Part shown: one piece after another, positions 7,274 through 12,514 of the stretch | Numbering within the stretch: the stretch's first letter is position 1 | How the letters are laid out: the number at the start of each line of letters is the position of its first letter | Assembly (NCBI GenBank): GCA_033764315.1 | Contig: JANRJA010000199.1 | Coordinates: forward strand, 1-12,514 | Length of the DNA: 12,514 bases | Direction: 5' to 3' | From: Oculatellaceae cyanobacterium bins.114 | GTDB taxonomy: Bacteria > Cyanobacteriota > Cyanobacteriia > Elainellales > Elainellaceae | Notes under the pieces: generated by a model | What the model was told of the DNA's origin: nothing | The model's input: only the letters and a program-made list of their open reading frames with translations | Databases searched by the model: none | Translations under genes and position numbers: made by a program

Positions 7274-9784
7274 TTATAGGTATTTGACCAAATCCGCTAA
7301 CTTAAGGCGAAGTTCATCTAGCTTTCCTCCAGGATCATCTAAAAGCTGCACTGCCCTCTGTACTACTTGATCAGGATAAAATCGATCAATAAACCAGTTC
7401 TTTATAAAAAGAACTATTTTCCGCCATATCTGCTCTTGCACTAAAAAAGCCTCACATTCTCCTTTAGCAGGTCGGTTATTGGTGCCAATACGTTTAATTA
7501 GAGCATTTCCCAGATTCTGGAGTTCTTCACCTTGAAGCTTCAAAAACTTTATGGCATCATCAGCATTTTCAATATGACTTTTTGAGCCAGTTCCTTGAAG
7601 TAGAGTAGGAAAGGATGCTGTTGAAGTTGGTACAAATGAAGGTCCAGTATTTGATGGTTGAGGATTACTTAATAGGGATGGCACTGATGTAGGTGTAGAA
7701 GTTGGCTTGGGTAGAGACATCGGTGGGTGCCAGCCTACAGGTTGATTCGCTTGTTCATCTGCTTTATCCCTCAATCTCCGCAAATCCTCAGCTAGAACAG
7801 CTTGCTCTTTCTTACGTTTCTCAGCTTCCTCCTGCTGCTCTCTCTTACGTTTCTCGGCTTCCTCCTGCTTAAGACTCCATATCATAACTGAGAATGTAAA
7901 AACCTTTCTTTGAACAAACATTTCAGGAATTTTTCCACTAGGCATTTGAGGAATAAACTCTGATTCTTTACTTGTTGGGCTTACTTCAGTAACAGTAATG
8001 CTTTCAGGCATAACTGGATCCTCTATTATTCCTAAATAATGATCATTTGTAATGGTGTTGAAAAGCTTAATGTCAATAAATGCATAAATTTCTTCAACAC
8101 TGGGTTTTGACTTTAACGCCTCTATTTGCAGAGAGAAACTTACTACCTGCTCTTCAATAGAAGGTATTTGTTTTCTGATATAATCCTCAATAATCTTCGA
8201 ATCTCTCAAGTTTGTAAGATAGGAGTTTGCTAGGTTCCTCCCAACATCAAGTGCTACTGACCCTAACTGTATACCTAAGCCTTTAAGTACACCACCTTTA
8301 GATGCAGAAGCTTTGATTGTATTGGGTGCGTCATTACTTTTAGGTGTACCACTGGGCTGTAGTTTAGCTACTGCATTAGAGTCTTGCTGCTTAATTAGTG
8401 GAGCACCAGGTGAATTATTTCCCTGAGTACTAATGTCGACAACTATAGCACTGTTGGCTTTACCAACTGTTGCAGCCGTTGCTTTTCCTTCTGTTGAGAG
8501 AACCGATGCAGTAATTGCAACACCAGTAATTACCTTTTTAAGTTTAGAGACACCTGAGTTGAAAGACTTCATGCCCTTCGTCCCTGTCGATCCTTTATTG
8601 ACCTCCAGATTGCCAACAACCACTTTAGAAGTCTTTTGAGGAACAAATATAACGACAGCAATTCTTCCTTTTTTATAAGCAACGATCCCTAAATTCTCTT
8701 CTTTTGCATATTCCAGAATCTCACCGACACAATCAATGCATACCGGTCTTGAAACAGCCATTGCTCTAAGAATAAATCGGTTACGAGTACCTGAAACTTC
8801 CACATCATTGGAACTCTTCACATCCTCAACAGCAACGACTTCAGCATGTGGCTTGCCCCCTAAAATTATTAATTCGTCCGCCTGAAATAATCCAAGGGAG
8901 GAAGCGACTTGCCTTAGATCTGGATTGCTCCAGTTATTGTTAGTTGAATAACCGTAAGTAGTACTAACCGTTTTCCCTAAGCTATCTATCTCATCAATTT
9001 GATGAACAGTCAAAGTGTTATAACCAGTACTAGAAATATCCGGATCTCCGATAATTGCTCTCCTAGTAGAGGGGTTGACCTTTTCAAGTATCTTATTCAA
9101 GAGATTCTCAACTTCGTGTAGACCAGTAGGGTTAGCAGTTAGCGTTGCTGTATTAGGTTTGGAAGCTTTTGCCTCTGGTACACGTGCTAATTGATAAGGA
9201 GTTGCCTTTGGAGAAATCCTTGTTTCTTTAGACAAATTAATTGCAGTAGAAGCAATTCTTTCTGCCTCAATTTCGCTCTGATCAGACGCTGGAGCTATAC
9301 GTAAGTAAGTATTGGGTATGCTCTGAGCTTGTTGAATTGCATGGGCAAGCTCATGTGCTAACAATTGTTTTCCATCTTTGGTTTCCGGGGCATATTTTTT
9401 AGTACCAAAAACAATATCTTGCTTAACGGTATAAGCTTTAGCATTGATTGCTTGCGCTGATTCTGCTGCTTTGTCATCTGTATGTACTCGCACACAGCTA
9501 AAATCGTGCTGAAAACGAGATTCCATGAAGGTGCGAGTTTCAGGGTCAAGGGGTTGACCGGGAGATCTGAGAACATCATAGACAATGGGTGGAACTTCAT
9601 CGAGTTCGGAGTCGTGAGCCACCTTGCGTTGTAGGGTGAGTGGCTTACTCTGACACTCGCTACATTTACCCGTTAAGCCTGCTTCGCTACCACACTCACA
9701 TTTACGTTGCAACAACCCTGATCGCCCCCCATTAAGAGACGGTTTTTCAGTAGTATTTGTTACAACCTGTGTTTTCGTACTCAT
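7274..9784 (-). CDS. DUF4157 (eCIS core) domain protein with C-terminal extension containing a putative Zn-dependent deaminase-fold domain; candidate polymorphic effector, 836 aa
   Basis: aa 76-153: GQPLDPETRTFMESRFQHDFSCVRVHTD...AKAYTVKQDIVF...LLAHELAHAIQQ (HExxH at 9341-9355). N-terminal LQRKCECG...CSEC. HAE at aa 313-315 and SRPVCIDC at aa 345-352. The DUF4157 call is confident; the deaminase call is motif-based. Confidence 0.85.
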   Translation of the reverse strand: MSTKTQVVTNTTEKPSLNGGRSGLLQRKCECGSEAGLTGKCSECQSKPLTLQRKVAHDSELDEVPPIVYDVLRSPGQPLDPETRTFMESRFQHDFSCVRVHTDDKAAESAQAINAKAYTVKQDIVFGTKKYAPETKDGKQLLAHELAHAIQQAQSIPNTYLRIAPASDQSEIEAERIASTAINLSKETRISPKATPYQLARVPEAKASKPNTATLTANPTGLHEVENLLNKILEKVNPSTRRAIIGDPDISSTGYNTLTVHQIDEIDSLGKTVSTTYGYSTNNNWSNPDLRQVASSLGLFQADELIILGGKPHAEVVAVEDVKSSNDVEVSGTRNRFILRAMAVSRPVCIDCVGEILEYAKEENLGIVAYKKGRIAVVIFVPQKTSKVVVGNLEVNKGSTGTKGMKSFNSGVSKLKKVITGVAITASVLSTEGKATAATVGKANSAIVVDISTQGNNSPGAPLIKQQDSNAVAKLQPSGTPKSNDAPNTIKASASKGGVLKGLGIQLGSVALDVGRNLANSYLTNLRDSKIIEDYIRKQIPSIEEQVVSFSLQIEALKSKPSVEEIYAFIDIKLFNTITNDHYLGIIEDPVMPESITVTEVSPTSKESEFIPQMPSGKIPEMFVQRKVFTFSVMIWSLKQEEAEKRKREQQEEAEKRKKEQAVLAEDLRRLRDKADEQANQPVGWHPPMSLPKPTSTPTSVPSLLSNPQPSNTGPSFVPTSTASFPTLLQGTGSKSHIENADDAIKFLKLQGEELQNLGNALIKRIGTNNRPAKGECEAFLVQEQIWRKIVLFIKNWFIDRFYPDQVVQRAVQLLDDPGGKLDELRLKLADLVKYL
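7803..7868. repeat. Tandem duplication, 2 x 33 bp (31/33 identical), in frame within the DUF4157 gene
   Basis: tgctctttcttacgtttctcagcttcctcctgc (7803-7835) and tgctctctcttacgtttctcggcttcctcctgc (7836-7868); the protein reads QEEAEKRKREQ-QEEAEKRKKEQ. Confidence 0.95.
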
Positions 9785-10047
9785 CCCCCAACTCCTCCAT
9801 AAATCGATCGCGCAATTTGGGTACCAATCACTTCTGGTGTTGCGTCGGGTGCAACGTCAAAGCTACCTCCATCTAAACGGGCAATGCTTCCTTCTGCCAT
9901 TAAGGATGGCGGAATTCCCTGTTCAGTGAGTAATCGGGTTAACTCTTGCTGTATTGCTGCTCGAATCTGATGGCGATCGCCCCCCACAAAATCCCGCAGC
10001 ACGATTTCCTCAATCTGCAATTCCACCTCATGCGGATTTATTGCCAT
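9781..10047 (-). CDS. Small eCIS-associated hypothetical protein, 88 aa
   Basis: VELQIEEIVLRDF...IRAAIQQELTRLL...IGTQIARSIYG. Overlaps the ATPase end (10038-10047) and the DUF4157 start (ATGA, 9781-9784), with GGAGG just upstream of its ATG. Confidence 0.8.
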   Translation of the reverse strand: MAINPHEVELQIEEIVLRDFVGGDRHQIRAAIQQELTRLLTEQGIPPSLMAEGSIARLDGGSFDVAPDATPEVIGTQIARSIYGGVGG

Positions 10048-12029
10048 CCTCCCACCTCTGCTTCAGTCAATACTTTTTCTAATTTGGTGTATTCGCTTTG
10101 GGCTGCTTGCAATAAATGATACATTTGTACTGATTCGCCGCGATCGGCTGCTAAAAATGCGGCATTTAGGGCAATATTGCGAATATTTCCTCCTGCCACG
10201 TTTAAACGGGCAAGCTGGAAGAAATCCAATCCCTCGGTAGGTAATTGCTTGGGAAAAATCCGTTGCCAGATTTCCGCCCGTTGTTCCAGTTCGGGAAATG
10301 GAAACTGCACCACAAAGCGAATCCGTCGCATAAAGGCTGGGTCGATCGCCTCCTTAAAGTTAGTCGTGAGAATTGCTAATCCCCGGTAAGCTTCCATGCG
10401 TTGTAGTAGATAACTCACTTCAATGTTGGCATAGCGATCGTGGCTATCTCGCACCTCACTGCGCTTACCAAATAGCGCATCTGCCTCATCAAACAGCAAG
10501 ATCACTCCACCTGTTTCTGCTGCATCAAACACTCGTCGCAGATTTTTTTCAGTTTCGCCAATGTATTTACTTACCACCTGGCTCAAATCAATACGATATA
10601 GGTCTAACTGCAACTCTTGAGCTATCACCTCTGCTGCCATTGTCTTGCCTGTGCCACTGCTGCCCGCAAACAGCGCACTAATGCCCAATCCGTTGGCTCC
10701 TCGCACTGCAAACTGCCAGCGATCGTAAACCGTCACCCGCTGCCGCACCTGTGCCATGATCTCTCGCAACAGTTGTTTCTGCACCTCCGGCAAAATCAGA
10801 TCATCCCAGGTTGCGATCGCTGGAATTCGTTGTGCTAGCTCATCTAACCGAGGGCGGGCATAAACCCGACAGGCATTCCAGAGTGTGGTAGAAAGTTGCT
10901 GATCGTCTGCCTCTGAAACCTGATCACTCATATCTGTTTGAGCGATCGCCTCCTGAGATACCTGCTCAATTGCTTCAGGGCTGAGATGAAATTGAGCAGT
11001 CAGTGCATTGAAACATCCATTCAGGTTCGTCATGCGATCGCCCAACAAATTCTTCCAAATTTGCTGCTGTTCATCGTGGTTAATAGCTTGCACCTCCAAC
11101 CGAAGTTGAGCGCGACGTGACCCAAGCGTAACTGGATCATGAGTTGAGAGGATAATGCGAGTTTGAACCGATGTTAGAAAGCGCAGCAGTGGACGCAGCG
11201 TGCTGCTATCCAACTCATGACAATCCACCAGTAATACACTATTCATCAACAGAGCTTCTCGCTCCCATAGACGAGCCAGTGCTTCCCGTTCCGCAGAGTT
11301 AGCAGGTATGTCTACGACTCTTAACAAGTGTAGTTGTGCGTTAATAGACTGGCAGACTGCAAAGGCGATCGCTTTACCTTCGCTACTCCTGCCAAACAGT
11401 TGCACGATTGGGCGAGACGAACCGTTGTGCTGAGACCAAAGCTTTGTGACCTGCTGTACCAGTTTTTGATGAGATGGCGGAATGAGTGAGCCAGCAGAAA
11501 CCTTTTCGATCAATCCTTGCAGGCGATCGTCAAAGTAAAACACACCATTGAGATAGTGCAAAATCCGTTCATCAATGCGTAAACGACTCTGTGTTAGACT
11601 CTCCCCATTGCTGACTTCGATCAACCGCCATCGCCGCAAAGGGCGCATTGGAGAGAGAGCACTCCAATGCGTGTCAGGAAGTACTGCCAAAGCAAGGCTA
11701 AACGTGGGATAAGCAAGAGAAGAACTTCCCTGAACTTTTGCACACAGTTGAGCGATGGATGCACTAAGCTCTACTCCAGCACAAAGCAGCAGTACATCTC
11801 GTTCAAAAGATGTGAGATTAAATGCAGCAGTAAGTATTTGTAGGGTAGGAGCAGGTGTCAATGAGCGAGTAATTTCATTCAACTCTTCTATTTCTAAATC
11901 TGCTGCTAGTTCCTCCGCCTGTTCTCCCTGAGTTTTAGCAAAATAGCGTTGAAATTGATTACGAAGGCGGTTGAAGGCGATCGCTAAGTAACGCTGATTT
12001 GCATTTTGCCAGGAAGAAATGGGAGTCAT
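10038..12029 (-). CDS. eCIS AAA+ ATPase (Afp15/Pvc15-like), 663 aa
   Basis: Walker A GSSGTGKT (about 10641-10664), Walker B ILLFDEAD, and the family motifs IDLSQVVSKYIGETEKNL, LFGKRSEVRDSHDRYANIEVSYLLQRME, IDPAFMRRIRF. The N-terminal half has a helical region and a degenerate AAA-like region. Confidence 0.95.
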   Translation of the reverse strand: MTPISSWQNANQRYLAIAFNRLRNQFQRYFAKTQGEQAEELAADLEIEELNEITRSLTPAPTLQILTAAFNLTSFERDVLLLCAGVELSASIAQLCAKVQGSSSLAYPTFSLALAVLPDTHWSALSPMRPLRRWRLIEVSNGESLTQSRLRIDERILHYLNGVFYFDDRLQGLIEKVSAGSLIPPSHQKLVQQVTKLWSQHNGSSRPIVQLFGRSSEGKAIAFAVCQSINAQLHLLRVVDIPANSAEREALARLWEREALLMNSVLLVDCHELDSSTLRPLLRFLTSVQTRIILSTHDPVTLGSRRAQLRLEVQAINHDEQQQIWKNLLGDRMTNLNGCFNALTAQFHLSPEAIEQVSQEAIAQTDMSDQVSEADDQQLSTTLWNACRVYARPRLDELAQRIPAIATWDDLILPEVQKQLLREIMAQVRQRVTVYDRWQFAVRGANGLGISALFAGSSGTGKTMAAEVIAQELQLDLYRIDLSQVVSKYIGETEKNLRRVFDAAETGGVILLFDEADALFGKRSEVRDSHDRYANIEVSYLLQRMEAYRGLAILTTNFKEAIDPAFMRRIRFVVQFPFPELEQRAEIWQRIFPKQLPTEGLDFFQLARLNVAGGNIRNIALNAAFLAADRGESVQMYHLLQAAQSEYTKLEKVLTEAEVGGWQ

Positions 12030-12514
12030 GGAATTGTCAGGCTAGGAGTTCCTGTAAATTGGTTGAAGGTTGAACTTTCTGGATTGGTATCAACATCTAG
12101 CAAGCTTTCAGCACCATCAACCTGCACCCGTACCAGATAAGTCCCTGCTGCAACAGTAGCGATTCGGAAGGAAACAGTATCTGTGTCTGCACTCAGTGGA
12201 TTTGCCACAAAAGTAAATGCTTTGCCCCCATTCCGCTCATTGAGAAGCAGAACAATCCGTTGAGTCGCACCTACCAGCGGACTCAGCTTCAGCGTAACGG
12301 TACGAAATTGACCACTGGCATCTGTTTGCAACTCAGAAACGGTAATCGGCGATTCGCTTTGAATCCTTGGGCGCAACACAAATGCTTCAACATTCGATTC
12401 TACCCCTCGATGCGGATCACCCGGCGTATTAAGAAGCAGACCGTGAATGACTCGAACAGATTGCACTCCAGCCCGTAGATTATTGAGCAAGGATGAGGGA
12501 GTTGGTGCAGCAAG
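12026..12514 (-). CDS. C-terminal part of a probable DUF4255/Pvc16-like protein (Ig-like beta-rich C-terminal region); 5' end lies outside the window
   Basis: The frame is open to the window edge (LAAPTPSSLLNNLRAG...), so 12490 is probably not the start. Motifs ESNVEAFVLRPRI, PLVGATQRIVLLLNE and GTYLVRVQVDGAESLL recall C-termini of long DUF4255 proteins upstream of eCIS ATPases. ATGA overlap with the ATPase. The DUF4255 domain itself is not visible. Confidence 0.65.
   Translation of the reverse strand, partial: LAAPTPSSLLNNLRAGVQSVRVIHGLLLNTPGDPHRGVESNVEAFVLRPRIQSESPITVSELQTDASGQFRTVTLKLSPLVGATQRIVLLLNERNGGKAFTFVANPLSADTDTVSFRIATVAAGTYLVRVQVDGAESLLDVDTNPESSTFNQFTGTPSLTIP

Larger units (their letters stand above)
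522..11984. repeat. Dispersed HIP1 octamers (GCGATCGC), cyanobacterial genome signature
   Basis: Perfect copies found by eye starting at 522, 639, 1029, 1498, 1935, 3096, 6957, 7086, 7113, 9973, 10813, 10942, 11034, 11365 and 11977, plus many 7/8 matches. Chance expectation is well under one copy per 12.5 kb. Confidence 0.9.

Noticed and set aside
7803-7868. 33-bp repeat as a CRISPR repeat
   Set aside because: The copies are adjacent with no spacer, in frame within a CDS, and no cas genes are present.
1820-11530. Several GCGATCGT-type HIP1 variants as deaminase footprints
   Set aside because: Variants with other terminal bases also occur (GCGATCGA, GCGATCGG, TCGATCGC); they are explained by ordinary enrichment of the CGATCG core and by coding constraints.
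193-12478. Short ORFs nested in or antisense to the main genes (193..399, 1217..1402, 1469..1666, 3329..3547, 3668..3976, 4273..4461, 4835..5047, 6112..6339, 6354..6566, 8433..8639, 9358..9600, 10177..10389, 10373..10681, 10617..10838, 10938..11120, 12260..12478)
   Set aside because: All overlap well-supported genes and have no recognisable motifs; treated as shadow ORFs.
1-12514. Prophage tail operon or T6SS
   Set aside because: The combination of Afp15-like ATPase, DUF4157 and two large baseplate genes is characteristic of eCIS; no capsid, terminase, integrase, ClpV or TssJLM genes are visible.

Overview
Central part of an extracellular contractile injection system (eCIS; Afp/PVC-like phage-tail particle) locus, with all assigned genes on the minus strand. 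The host is almost certainly a cyanobacterium: I counted 15 perfect HIP1 octamers (GCGATCGC) by eye. In transcription order (right to left) the window holds: the C-terminal part of a probable DUF4255/Pvc16-like protein, an Afp15/Pvc15-like AAA+ ATPase, an 88-aa protein, an 836-aa DUF4157 (eCIS core) protein, a 590-bp gap, a tube-initiator-like gene plus a separate LysM gene, a split VgrG-like spike (gp27-like hub plus gp5/GpV-like), a DUF4280/PAAR-like tip, gp25, an 849-aa baseplate J-like protein, and a second baseplate gene interrupted by an in-frame TGA. Sheath and main tube genes are not in the window. The best lead is that the DUF4157 protein carries an AT-rich extension with an HAE...SRPVCxxC motif, i.e. 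a candidate zinc-dependent deaminase toxin delivered by an eCIS, with no evident adjacent immunity gene. Other leads are the nonsense codon in the second baseplate gene and a cryptic, TGA-interrupted plus-strand reading frame in the gap. All family assignments come from motif recognition and gene order, not database searches.
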